A stretch of DNA of 64,000 nt from Actinomycetes bacterium (GTDB taxonomy: Bacteria; Actinomycetota; Acidimicrobiia; Acidimicrobiales; Bog-793), in assembly GCA_021809425.1 (NCBI GenBank), contig JAKBAA010000002.1:3634-67633 (forward strand). Reading direction: 5' to 3'. Position 1 is the stretch's first letter. Every line of letters starts with the position of its first letter. The translations under genes were made by a program, and so were the position numbers. Under the pieces are notes generated by a model that was not told where the DNA came from, did no database searches, and was given only the letters and a program-made list of their open reading frames with translations. Positions 52,465 through 61,928 of this stretch are shown here, piece by piece.

Positions 52465-53721
52465 TCAGCGCTCGGCGTGGAAGTCGAAGCTGAGCTGGCC
52501 GATGCGCACCGTGTCGCCCTCGCGCGCCCCGGCCCGAGCGAGCGCCCGGTCGACACCGAGCCGCTGCAGCCGGCGCTGCACGAGGGCAACGGCGTCCGGG
52601 TCGGTGAGGTCCGACAGCGCGACCGCCCGGAGCGCTGACCGACCCTCGACGACGTAGGCGTCACCCTCGCGCACCACCGTCACCCCCTCGGGGGCCGGCC
52701 GGTGCAGCACCGGCGCGCCCGCCGGGGCGGCCTCGGCGGCTCGCGCGTCGTCGACCAGACGGACCAGCCGCCCGACCAGCTCGTCCAGCCCCTCCCCGGT
52801 GGCCGCCGACAGGACGAGGTCGGCGCCGTAGCCGGCGGCGGCAAGCCGGTCGTCCGGCGGCACGAGGTCGGCACGTGAGGCGGCGACCAGGCGAGGCCGG
52901 TCGGCCAGCTCGGGCCGGTACCGGCGCAGCTCCTCGAGCAGGATCGCCACCTGGTCGGTCGGGTCCCGACCGGCGTCGACGCCGAGGTCGGCCAGCACGA
53001 CGAGCACGCGGGCGCGCTCGAGGTGGCGGAGGAAGCGGAACCCGAGGCCGCGACCGTCGCTCGCCCCCTCGATGAGCCCGGGGACGTCGGCGAGGACGAA
53101 CTCGCCGCCGGCGGCGCGGACCACCCCGAGGTGGGGCTCGAGCGTCGTGAACGGGTACGCGGCGATCTTCGGTCGGGCCGCCGACAGGCGGGCGACCAGG
53201 GTCGACTTGCCGGCGTTCGGGAAGCCGACGAGCGCCACGTCGGCGACGAGCTTGAGCTCGAGGTCGAGCCACCGCTCCTCGCCGACCTCACCCTGCTCGG
53301 CGAAGGCCGGCGCACGGAGCCGGTTGGTGAGGAACCGTGCGTTGCCCCGGCCCCCGCGGCCACCGGCAGCCGCCACGAGACGGTCGCCGGCCTGGCGCAG
53401 GTCGGCAAGGACGGCCCCGTCGAGGGTGCGCACCACGGTCCCCTCGGGCACCAGCACGACCAGCGGCCCACCACGCCGGCCGTGGCGCCGAGCCCCACTG
53501 CCGTGCACGCCGTCACCGGCCCGGCGGTGCGGATGGTCGCGGAAGGCCAGCAGCGAGACCACCGACCGGGACGCCTCGAGCACCACGTCCCCGCCGTCCC
53601 CGCCGTCCCCCCCGTCCGGTCCCCCTCGGGCGACGTGCGCCTCGCGGCGGAACGACACGGCACCGGCACCGCCGTTGCCCGCCTTGACGTGGACCTGGGC
53701 CTCGTCGACGAAGACGCTCAT
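52465..53721 (-). CDS. obg: GTPase Obg/CgtA
   Basis: MSVFVDEAQVHVKAGNGGAGAVSFRRE...GGPDGGDGGDGGDV... (Obg fold), G1 GFPNAGKST, G3 DVPGLIEGA, and a C-terminal OCT-like domain. Confidence 0.95.
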   Translation of the reverse strand: MSVFVDEAQVHVKAGNGGAGAVSFRREAHVARGGPDGGDGGDGGDVVLEASRSVVSLLAFRDHPHRRAGDGVHGSGARRHGRRGGPLVVLVPEGTVVRTLDGAVLADLRQAGDRLVAAAGGRGGRGNARFLTNRLRAPAFAEQGEVGEERWLDLELKLVADVALVGFPNAGKSTLVARLSAARPKIAAYPFTTLEPHLGVVRAAGGEFVLADVPGLIEGASDGRGLGFRFLRHLERARVLVVLADLGVDAGRDPTDQVAILLEELRRYRPELADRPRLVAASRADLVPPDDRLAAAGYGADLVLSAATGEGLDELVGRLVRLVDDARAAEAAPAGAPVLHRPAPEGVTVVREGDAYVVEGRSALRAVALSDLTDPDAVALVQRRLQRLGVDRALARAGAREGDTVRIGQLSFDFHAER

Positions 53722-53793
53722 GATCTCACGACCCGTGGCACCCACGACCGCCGGCGCCCTCGGGCGCGGCGGGCGGCTGACGCGTGGGGGCGG

Positions 53794-54051
53794 TCAGGCC
53801 TGCGGGGGGACCACGTCGACGAGGCGGCGGCCCCGTCGCTGGCCGAACCGGACCCGGCCGTCGGCACGTGCGAACAGCGTGTCGTCGCCACCACGGCCCA
53901 CGTTGGCGCCGGGGTGGAACCGCGTCCCGCGCTGGCGCACGAGGATGGCACCGGCGCGCACGGCCGTGCCGTCCGACGCCTTCACGCCGAGGCGCTGGGC
54001 GTTCGAGTCCCGCCCGTTGCGGGTCGAGCCGCCACCCTTCGTCTTCGACAT
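53794..54051 (-). CDS. rpmA: 50S ribosomal protein L27
   Basis: [24 protein letters not shown]...[24 protein letters not shown]... 85 aa. Confidence 0.97.
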   Translation of the reverse strand: MSKTKGGGSTRNGRDSNAQRLGVKASDGTAVRAGAILVRQRGTRFHPGANVGRGGDDTLFARADGRVRFGQRRGRRLVDVVPPQA

Positions 54052-54069
54052 CTCGCTGCCCTCCCGGCC

Positions 54070-54399
54070 CTAGGCCTGCGCCGCGCCGGAACCGGCGCGG
54101 ATCTCGGTGATCTCCACCGTCGTGTACTTCTGGCGGTGACCGAAGCGGCGCCGCGACCGGGTCTTCGACTTGTAGGTGAACCCGGTGATCTTCGGCCCCT
54201 TCGCCTCGCCGACGATCCGCCCGGTGACGAGCGCCCCCTCGAGGGCGGCGCCGCCGCTGACGACCGTGTCGCCGTCCACGAGGAGGACCGGCGAGAACTC
54301 CACCGTCGCCTCGCCGTCGCCGGTGAGCCGCTCGACGTCGACACGCATGCCGACCTCGACCCGCTCCTGCTTGCCACCTGTCGCGATCACGGCGTACAT
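54070..54399 (-). CDS. rplU: 50S ribosomal protein L21
   Basis: MYAVIATGGKQERVEVG...KITGFTYKSKTRSRRRFGHRQKYT.VEI..I. 109 aa. Confidence 0.97.
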   Translation of the reverse strand: MYAVIATGGKQERVEVGMRVDVERLTGDGEATVEFSPVLLVDGDTVVSGGAALEGALVTGRIVGEAKGPKITGFTYKSKTRSRRRFGHRQKYTTVEITEIRAGSGAAQA

Positions 54400-54408
54400 A
54401 GGGATGCC

Positions 54409-54417
54409 ATCCTAGCA
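54409..54417 (-). promoter_or_regulatory. Candidate extended -10 element (TGcTAGGAT) for rplU-rpmA, implying a near-leaderless transcript
   Basis: The minus strand reads ...gggtTGCTAGGATggcatccctATG. The TANNNT hexamer with an upstream TG ends 9 nt before the rplU ATG, and no Shine-Dalgarno sequence lies between them. Confidence 0.3.
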
Positions 54418-54502
54418 ACCCTCCAGCAGGTCGCTGGCCGCGCCCGGACCGGGCCTGGCCGGGCAGTCGGCGCGCGCCAGTCGAGGGCGCCAGTCCACGG
54501 CG

Positions 54503-56443
54503 TCAGTCGAGGGCGTCGCGCAACACGAGGCCGCGCCCGCTGCAGGCCGGGCAGACGTCCGACAGCGCCTCGACGAGCCCCTCCCCGACGCGCTTCCGGG
54601 TCATCTCGACAAGCCCCAGCTCGGAGATGTCGAAGACCTGGGTGGGCGTCTTGTCCCGGGCGAGCGCCGAGCGCAGTGCCGTCGTCACCTCGTGGCGGTT
54701 CGCCTTGATCTCCATGTCGATGAAGTCGATGACGATGATGCCCCCGATGTCCCGCAAGCGCAGCTGGCGAGCGATCTCGTCGGCCGCCTCGAGGTTGTTG
54801 CGGAACACCGTCTCCTCGAGGTTGGACGAGCCGACGTTCTTGCCGGTGTTGACGTCGATCACCGTGAGCGCCTCGGTCCGCTCGATGATGAGCGAGCCGC
54901 CCGAGGGCAGCCACACCTTGCGGTCGAGCGCCTTGTGGAGCTGCTCGTGGACGTGGTGGCGCTCGAAGATCGGCAGGCTCTCCGCCGCCGGGTCGTAGTG
55001 CTGGACGCGGTCGACGAGGGACGGGTCGATGTCGCGCACGTAGTCGCGTACGGCCTCGAACAGCTCGGGGTCGTCGACGATCACCCCCCGGTACTGCTCG
55101 GTGAACTCCTCCCGGATCACCCGGAGTGCCAGGTGGGCGTCGGAGTGGAGCAACGAGGGCGCCGGCAGGCGGCGCGCCTTCTCCTCGATGTCGGCCCACT
55201 TGGCGAGCAGCTGCTCGACGTCCTTTCGCAGCTCGTCGGCGCTCACCCCCTCGGCGGCCGTCCGGACGATGAGACCGTGGCCTTCCGGCCGGACCTCGTC
55301 GAGGAGCTTGCGCAGGCGCTTGCGCTCGTGGTCGTCGAGCCGCTTCGAGATGCCGCTCACGCTGGCTCCCGGGACGAGCACGACGAAGCGGCCCGGCAGG
55401 GAGATCTCCTCGGTGAGCCGAGCCCCCTTCAGACCGATCGGGTTCTTCGTGACCTGGCAGACGATCGTCTGGCCGGGCCGGAGCAGGTGCTCGATCCGCC
55501 GGGCCGACGGGTCACGCTCGATGGCGTCGTCGCGGTCGGCCTGGACGTCGCCCCAGTACAGGACGGCGTTCTTCGGCGTGCCGATGTCGACGAAGGCCGC
55601 CTCCATGCCGGGCAGCACGTTCTTCACACGGCCGCGGTAGATGTTGCCGTCGATCTGGTTCGCGTCGTCCTGGGCGCGGGCCACGTGGTGCTCGATGAGC
55701 GACCGACCTTCGAGCACGGCGATCTGGGTGACCTCGGGCCGGACGTGCACGCACATCAGGTACCGCCCCACCGGCCGCCCGTTCCGCTCACGACCCCGCC
55801 GGCGGCGGCCGGCCGCAGTCGGTGCGCCGTCGCCTCCTTGCTCCTCGTCGACGTCGGCGCGCCCCGGACGCGCCCGACGGCGTGACCCCGCGGCCGGTGC
55901 GCCCGACGCCCCGCCCGGGCGCGAGAGGGCGGCGGCCTCGTCTGCCCGCTCGACGTCGCGCCGTGCCAGGGCGGCGCCGAACGAGCCGCCGTGCACCGCA
56001 CGGTCGGACCCCTCCTCGGTGGGGCCTGGCGCCGTCGGCTCGTCGTCGGGGCCGTTCGACGGGCGGCCCTGCCCGTTCCGGCTGGCTCCCCCGCGACCGC
56101 GCCCGCCACGGCGGCGGCGGCGCGACCGCGACGGGCCGTCACCGTCGGCGGACGAGGCACTGCCCGCGCCGCTCGTCGGGCGCCCGTCGCCGTTACGGGT
56201 CGCCGTCGCCGCCGGCCCCTCGGGGGGGCTAGCCGGACGAGGAGGCGGGGCCGGGCGCGTGTCGCCGATCTTCGGCCGCGACGGCAGCGGTGGGGCGAGC
56301 ACGCCATCGGCCCGCCCGCCACCCGAGGGTGACGGCCCCGCCACGTCGGGCGCCGGCCGGGCGGCACCGAGCGCGTCGGTGCTCGGCGGCGGCACCGCCG
56401 CCGGGCGGCCGGGCGCGGCCTGGCCGTTCGAAACGTCGGACAT
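54503..56443 (-). CDS. rne: Ribonuclease E/G family endoribonuclease with a ~240-aa Arg/Pro/Gly-rich N-terminal region
   Basis: S1 domain ...NIYRGRVKNVLPGMEAAFVDIG..., catalytic core ...GGIIVIDFIDM..., and a Zn-link-like CPACSGRG at the C-terminus. ATG 56443 after GAAGGGA is preferred over track start 56524. Confidence 0.9.
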   Translation of the reverse strand: MSDVSNGQAAPGRPAAVPPPSTDALGAARPAPDVAGPSPSGGGRADGVLAPPLPSRPKIGDTRPAPPPRPASPPEGPAATATRNGDGRPTSGAGSASSADGDGPSRSRRRRRGGRGRGGASRNGQGRPSNGPDDEPTAPGPTEEGSDRAVHGGSFGAALARRDVERADEAAALSRPGGASGAPAAGSRRRARPGRADVDEEQGGDGAPTAAGRRRRGRERNGRPVGRYLMCVHVRPEVTQIAVLEGRSLIEHHVARAQDDANQIDGNIYRGRVKNVLPGMEAAFVDIGTPKNAVLYWGDVQADRDDAIERDPSARRIEHLLRPGQTIVCQVTKNPIGLKGARLTEEISLPGRFVVLVPGASVSGISKRLDDHERKRLRKLLDEVRPEGHGLIVRTAAEGVSADELRKDVEQLLAKWADIEEKARRLPAPSLLHSDAHLALRVIREEFTEQYRGVIVDDPELFEAVRDYVRDIDPSLVDRVQHYDPAAESLPIFERHHVHEQLHKALDRKVWLPSGGSLIIERTEALTVIDVNTGKNVGSSNLEETVFRNNLEAADEIARQLRLRDIGGIIVIDFIDMEIKANRHEVTTALRSALARDKTPTQVFDISELGLVEMTRKRVGEGLVEALSDVCPACSGRGLVLRDALD

Positions 56444-56797
56444 CGAGCTCGTCCCTTCTGAGGCGCGCGCCGTCCTGGCACGCGGCAGGACCGACCGTCG
56501 CGGCGCGCCGCCGTGCGGCGGCAAGGCGACCGAGACGGCGGCCGTCGGTCTGGTCGGAGCGGGCTCCGAGGCGGTCGCACCGATCTGCGGCGCGGGGAGC
56601 CCACCATGAGACGGGCGCCGGGCTCACCGCGTCGAGGGCGGCGGCGGCGCTGGGGCGGACGGGCCGGGATCCACCGTGGCGTGGGTCGCCTGGTCCTGGC
56701 CCTGTCATGCAACCGAAGTCTACCTGCCCGAACGCTTCGACCTCGGACCTTGACGCTTGCCGTGCGCGCAGGTTGCGATTCACTTACGTCGCCGCGC

Positions 56798-58897
56798 TCA
56801 GCCGCCGGCGGCCGTCGGGTGGTACGCCGGGATGGTGCCGCCGTGGGCGTACAGGTAGTTGAACACCTGGCGGGCGACCGGCGCAGCGCCGGTGTCGCCG
56901 TAGCCACCCTTTCGGACCTCGACGACGACGACGTAGCGCTTGCCCGGATCGTTGAGCGGGCCACCGAAGCCGACGAACCAGGCGGTCGGCGCCACGACGC
57001 TGTGGGCCACCACGGTCGCCGTGCCGGTCTTGCCGGCGATCAGCCACTTGTTGAACGGGAATCCCTGGAACTGGGTGTAGGCGGTGCCGATCGGGTTCTG
57101 CACCGCCCCCTCGAAGCCGGCCAGCATGGTGGCGTAGGTCGATGCGGGCAGCGGGACGTGGCCCATCACCTTCGGGGCGATCTTGCGGACCACCTTCCCG
57201 GCGGCGTCGACGATCTCGCCGGCGAGCATCGGGGCGTAGCGGGTGCCGCCGTTGGCGAAGGTGGCGTACGCCGTCGCCAGCTCGATCGGGGTGATCTCGG
57301 TCTCCCCCTGGCCGAACGCCATCTCGACGTTGTCGGCCAGGTACCAGGTCGCCGGCGGGTACACGGCAGGCGCCTGGGCGTGGAGCAGCTGGCGGGTGCG
57401 GTAGCTGTCGATCCAGCCGTTGTAGGCGTTCGGCAGATCGATGCCGGTCGAGGTGCCGAGGCCGTAGCGGTTGGCCATGTCCTGGATGGGTGTGGGCCCG
57501 TACTTCGACTGGGCCACGTAGAAGCGCTCGCCGAGGGTGTAGAAGAAGACGTCGCTCGACAGGCTGAGCGCCTGGACGATGGTGATCGGACCAGGGTGGT
57601 CACCGGGGGCGTCGTGGAGCACCTGGCCCCCGGGCAGCTGGAGGTAGCCGGGGTCGTTGATCACCGAGTAGGGCGACACGAGCCCGCTGTTCAAGGCGGC
57701 GGTGGCCGTGGCGATCTTGAAGTCCGAGCCGGGCGGTTGGGTCCCCTGGATGACGTAGTCGTCGAGGGGGTGGCCGACGGCGCTCTGCAGGGCGGAGTAG
57801 TTCGCCTGCGAGATGCCACCCACCCACTCGTTGTTGTTGTAGCTCGGGTAGGACGTCATGGCGAGCACATGGCCGTTGTTGGCGTCGAGCACGACGGCGG
57901 CACCCCACGGGGCCGGCAGCCCGTTCGCCCGGAGGGACTGGACCTGGTTCGCCAGGTCGGTGCTGAGCAGTCGCTCGAGCGACAGGTCCATGTTGAGCAC
58001 CACCGTGTCGCCGGGCTGTGCCGGTGTCGTCGACGCCACCCGCACCGGGTTGCCCTGGGGGTCGACCTCGATCTGCTGGATGCCCGGCTTCCCGTGGAGC
58101 ACGCTCTCGTACTGCTGCTCGAGGCCGCTGGCGCCGACGCTGTCGGTCTGCTGGTACCCCTTGGCGAGGTAGGCGTTGAGCGAGCTTGCCGGGATCGGAC
58201 CGAGGTAGCCGAGCATCTGGGCGGCGAGCGAGCCGTGCGGGTAGGTCCGGACGTACTCGTGGACGACCTGGGTACCGGGGAACGCCGCCTTGTCCTCCTC
58301 GATGGTCGCCGCCACGGCCGGGCTGACGCTTGCGACGGGCACCGGCTGGTAGGGCCCGTACTGGACGTTGTTGAGGGATGCCTGGATCTGGTGCACGGTG
58401 AGCCCGGGGATGAGCGCGGCGAGGTTGGCCTCGGTCTTCGGGCTGGCCACCCGGGTGGCCGGGTTGGTGTTGGCGTCGATGGTGGTCTTCAGGATGACCA
58501 CCAGCTCCGACACGTCCCCGGCGAGCACCTGACCGCCGCGTGCCTCGATGAGGCCGCGCGGCGCCGGCGTCTCGACCGCACGGGTGGTGGTGGCGATCGT
58601 GCTCGTCCGGGCGCTCTGGGCGTGGATGACCTGGATCGACCAGAGCCGCACCACGAGCACGGCGAACAGGGCGGCGACGACCACCGCCGTCACCGACAGG
58701 CGCAGCCCGAGCCTCGCCCGGCCAGGCTCCCGGGCCTGGGCTGCCCGCTCGGTGGCGTCGATGACGTCGAGGGCCGACGCTCCGAGGGCGCCGGCGGGCC
58801 GGCGCACCCCCTCGGCCTGGCCGGCGAGCGGGAGCTCGAGGCGCCCGGGCATCTGGCGGCGCCGGTGCGGCCGCCGCCGACCGAGCTTGCGCTTCAC
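56798..58897 (-). CDS. mrdA: Penicillin-binding protein 2 (elongasome transpeptidase)
   Basis: SxxK GSDFKIAT, SxN-like LSSDVFF, KTG(T) AGKTGTA, and an N-terminal TM anchor. GTG 58897 overlaps the mreD stop (GTGA). Confidence 0.9.
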   Translation of the reverse strand: MKRKLGRRRPHRRRQMPGRLELPLAGQAEGVRRPAGALGASALDVIDATERAAQAREPGRARLGLRLSVTAVVVAALFAVLVVRLWSIQVIHAQSARTSTIATTTRAVETPAPRGLIEARGGQVLAGDVSELVVILKTTIDANTNPATRVASPKTEANLAALIPGLTVHQIQASLNNVQYGPYQPVPVASVSPAVAATIEEDKAAFPGTQVVHEYVRTYPHGSLAAQMLGYLGPIPASSLNAYLAKGYQQTDSVGASGLEQQYESVLHGKPGIQQIEVDPQGNPVRVASTTPAQPGDTVVLNMDLSLERLLSTDLANQVQSLRANGLPAPWGAAVVLDANNGHVLAMTSYPSYNNNEWVGGISQANYSALQSAVGHPLDDYVIQGTQPPGSDFKIATATAALNSGLVSPYSVINDPGYLQLPGGQVLHDAPGDHPGPITIVQALSLSSDVFFYTLGERFYVAQSKYGPTPIQDMANRYGLGTSTGIDLPNAYNGWIDSYRTRQLLHAQAPAVYPPATWYLADNVEMAFGQGETEITPIELATAYATFANGGTRYAPMLAGEIVDAAGKVVRKIAPKVMGHVPLPASTYATMLAGFEGAVQNPIGTAYTQFQGFPFNKWLIAGKTGTATVVAHSVVAPTAWFVGFGGPLNDPGKRYVVVVEVRKGGYGDTGAAPVARQVFNYLYAHGGTIPAYHPTAAGG

Positions 58898-59436
58898 AGC
58901 GTGGCGCTCCCCCCGCTCGGCACGCCGTAACCGGCCGCGGCACGCTCGGCGCTGCCGAGGGACCAGCGGATCGCCCACAGCGCCGGCCAGGCCAGCACCA
59001 CGGCGCCGAGGGTCACCACCACGACCGCGTCGACCGCCGTGCGGCCGAGCATCCCCGACTGGCCGACGAGCGCTCCGAGGAAGGCGAACAGGACGGTGCC
59101 GGCGGCGCCGGCGGCGACGCAGGCGGCGACCTGCGCCGTGCGCCCCTCGCGCGAGGACGGCGCCCGGTGGAGCAGCCCGAACCCGAACCCGATCAGCACG
59201 AAGGTCAGCGACGACAGGCCGTACGGTGTCGTCACGACGAGGTCGGCCACGAGGCCCACGACGAACCCCACGAGGCCGCCCCGCTCGGGTCCGGCGACGA
59301 GGCCGGCGGCGGCGGCCAGGAGGACCATCAGGTCGGCGTGGGCCCCGAGCACGGTGACCTGGTCGACGACCGCCACCTGGAGCACGAGGCCGGCCAGGAG
59401 CACGAGGACGAGGCGCGCCCAGCTCGTCAACGTCAC
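58894..59436 (-). CDS. mreD: Rod shape-determining protein MreD
   Basis: A 180-aa polytopic membrane protein in the canonical mreC-mreD-pbp2 position. ...LLAGLVLQVAVVDQVTVLGAHADLMVLL... is an MreD-like N-terminus. Confidence 0.8.
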   Translation of the reverse strand: MTLTSWARLVLVLLAGLVLQVAVVDQVTVLGAHADLMVLLAAAAGLVAGPERGGLVGFVVGLVADLVVTTPYGLSSLTFVLIGFGFGLLHRAPSSREGRTAQVAACVAAGAAGTVLFAFLGALVGQSGMLGRTAVDAVVVVTLGAVVLAWPALWAIRWSLGSAERAAAGYGVPSGGSATL

Positions 59437-59449
59437 CGGGACGACCCTG

Positions 59450-60286
59450 CTAGGCGGGAGGGAGCCACTGGAGGACGGCCACGTACTGCAGCGACGCCGG
59501 GTTCACGAGCGGCTCCAGGGTGAAGCTGTCGTTGAAGCCACCCGGCGAGCGATGCACGGCCGTCACCGTAGCGACGGGGATGCCGGCAGGGTACGCGGAC
59601 GCCCCTGCAGCCGACGTGCCGCTCGTGAACGCCCACTCGCCCCGGTGCACCCTGGCGGCCCCGGCCAGGATCTGCAGCCCGAGCGAGCTGTCCCGACCCT
59701 GCCCGGTGACCACGCCGGTCGCCGTCCCGGCAGCGCCGAGGCGCACGCCGATGTCGGTCAGGTTGTCCTGGAGCAGGCGGACCTGCGCCGTGGAGCGCCC
59801 GGCGGCGACCACCGTGCCGACGAAGCCGCCCGCCCCGACGACCGGCTCCCCCACCCCGACCCCGGCGGCCGTCCCCTTGTCGATCTCGAGGGTGTAGGCG
59901 AAGTCGGACGTCGGCCCTGACAGCACGGTGGCGTCGACCTGCGGGGTGTTTCCCACGAAGGGCAGCGCCTGCAGCTGGAGCAGCTGGCGGGCCTGCTGGC
60001 TCGCCACGTTGTCGGCAGCCACCTGGCGGCGGAGCGAGCCGACCTGGTTCTGGAGCACCTCGTTCTGGCGCTGCAGCGCCCCGTAGTGGACGGCACCGGC
60101 GACGGCGTCGCCGACCGGGTGCAGCACGTCGGCGATCACCCGCTGGACGGGGGCGAGGCCGTCGAGCACGCCGTTGCGCACCCTCGTCAGGCCACGGTTG
60201 GCCGCCCCGTGGTAGTCGAGGGTGAGCACGGTGATCGACGCGAGCACGAGGATGAGCAGGGTGACCCGCTGGCTCGTCCGCCGCAT
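59450..60286 (-). CDS. mreC: Rod shape-determining protein MreC
   Basis: TM anchor, a coiled-coil (...LQRQNEVLQNQVGSLRRQV...), and a beta-barrel domain ...IDKGTAAGVGVGEPVV...GFVGTVV...STAQVRLL... ATG 60286; GTG 60298 is the alternative. Confidence 0.85.
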   Translation of the reverse strand: MRRTSQRVTLLILVLASITVLTLDYHGAANRGLTRVRNGVLDGLAPVQRVIADVLHPVGDAVAGAVHYGALQRQNEVLQNQVGSLRRQVAADNVASQQARQLLQLQALPFVGNTPQVDATVLSGPTSDFAYTLEIDKGTAAGVGVGEPVVGAGGFVGTVVAAGRSTAQVRLLQDNLTDIGVRLGAAGTATGVVTGQGRDSSLGLQILAGAARVHRGEWAFTSGTSAAGASAYPAGIPVATVTAVHRSPGGFNDSFTLEPLVNPASLQYVAVLQWLPPA

Positions 60287-60312
60287 CGCCGCCACGACGG
60301 CGCCGCCCCTTG

Positions 60313-61344
60313 CTAGCGGCTGGAGGAGGAGATCAGCACCTGGTGGAGCGTCTCGAACTCCTCCAGGCACATGCCGCTGCCGAGCGCCACGCAGTTGAGC
60401 GGGTCGGGAGCGACGATGATGGGCATGCTCGTCTCGGCCTGCAGCCGGACGTCGAGACCGTGGAGCAGGGCGCCGCCGCCGGTCAGCACGATGCCCTGGG
60501 TCATGATGTCGGCGGCCAGCTCGGGGGGCGTCTTGTCGAGCGTCACCTTGACGGCGTCGACGATGGCGGCGAGCGGCTCCTCGATGGCGCGGCGGACGTC
60601 CTTCGTCGAGGTGACGATCGTCTTCGGCAGGCCGCTCACGAGGTCGCGTCCGCGGATCTCGGCGTGGAGCTCCTCCTCGAGCTCGCAGGCCGAGCCGAGC
60701 GCCATCTTGATCTCCTCGGCCGTCCGGTCGCCGAGGGCGAGGCTGTACTCCTTCTTCACGAACGAGATGATGGCCTCGTCGAGCTCGTCGCCGCCGATGC
60801 GGATCGACTGGCTCGTCACGATCCCCCCGAGGGAGATGACCGCCACCTCGGTGGTGCCGCCGCCGATGTCGACCACCATGTTGCCGGTCGGCTCGTGCAC
60901 CGGGAGCCCGGCTCCGATGGCGGCGGCCATCGGCTCCTCGATGATGTACGCCTTGCGGGCCCCCGCGAACTCGGCGGCCTCCTGGACGGCCCGCTTCTCG
61001 ACGCCGGTGATGCCGGAGGGCACGCAGATCACCATGCGCGGCTTCGAGAACCGCCGCGGGTGCACCCGGCGGATGAAGTAGCGCAGCATCATCTCGCAGA
61101 TCTCGAAGTCGGCGATCACACCGTCCTTGAGCGGGCGGATCGCCTGGATGTTGCTCGGCGTCCGTCCGATCATCCGCTTGGCCTCCGCGCCCACGGCGAG
61201 CGGGTGGCCGTCCTTCACGTTGATGGCGACCACCGAGGGCTCGTTGAGCACGATGCCCTTGCCCCGCACGTACACGAGGGTGTTCGCCGTGCCGAGGTCG
61301 ACCGCCATGTCGCGGCCGGCAAAACCAAAAGTGGTGTCGGGCAT
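60313..61344 (-). CDS. mreB: Rod shape-determining actin homologue MreB
   Basis: ...[30 protein letters not shown]...[16 protein letters not shown]...[18 protein letters not shown]...[11 protein letters not shown]... Confidence 0.95.
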   Translation of the reverse strand: MPDTTFGFAGRDMAVDLGTANTLVYVRGKGIVLNEPSVVAINVKDGHPLAVGAEAKRMIGRTPSNIQAIRPLKDGVIADFEICEMMLRYFIRRVHPRRFSKPRMVICVPSGITGVEKRAVQEAAEFAGARKAYIIEEPMAAAIGAGLPVHEPTGNMVVDIGGGTTEVAVISLGGIVTSQSIRIGGDELDEAIISFVKKEYSLALGDRTAEEIKMALGSACELEEELHAEIRGRDLVSGLPKTIVTSTKDVRRAIEEPLAAIVDAVKVTLDKTPPELAADIMTQGIVLTGGGALLHGLDVRLQAETSMPIIVAPDPLNCVALGSGMCLEEFETLHQVLISSSSR

Positions 61345-61456
61345 ATCGAAGCTCCAGCTCGCAGGGCGCGACGTCCCCAGGTTAGGGTCATCCCGAGGGC
61401 GTCCACAAGGCACCCCGCCGTCGGCGGCGCACCCGTGCGGGTGCCCGCCGCCGGGA

Positions 61457-61867
61457 TCAGACGAGATCGGGGAAGAAGATCCCGATCTCCCGCCCCGCCG
61501 ACTCGGCGCTGTCCGAGCCGTGGATGAGGTTCTCGGACAGGTCGGTGGCGAGGTCGCCGCGGATCGTCCCGGGCGGGGCGTCGGCCGGGTTGGTCGGGCC
61601 CATCAGGGTGCGGACGATGCGCCACGTGTCGGTCGGTCCCGCCACGACGGCCACGAAGACGGGCGAGCGCGTGATGAACTGCACCAGCTCGCCGAAGAAG
61701 GGGCGCTCCTTGTGCTCGGCGTAGTGGCGCTCGGCGACGGCGGCGTCCAGGTGGCGGAGCTCGCCGGCGACGAGCGTGAGCCCCTTGCGCTCCAGGCGAC
61801 CGAGGATCGCCCCGACGAGGCGGCGCTCGACGGCGTCCGGCTTGCAGATGACGAGGGTTCTGTCCAT
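61457..61867 (-). CDS. ndk: Nucleoside diphosphate kinase
   Basis: [29 protein letters not shown]...RTLMGPTNP...GTIRGD...N.IHGSDS... 136 aa. Confidence 0.95.
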   Translation of the reverse strand: MDRTLVICKPDAVERRLVGAILGRLERKGLTLVAGELRHLDAAVAERHYAEHKERPFFGELVQFITRSPVFVAVVAGPTDTWRIVRTLMGPTNPADAPPGTIRGDLATDLSENLIHGSDSAESAGREIGIFFPDLV

Positions 61868-61928
61868 GGCCGCATGGACCCTAGTCGCGACGCCTGCCGT
61901 CGGCGACACGAGCCCTCCCGCAGGCGGC

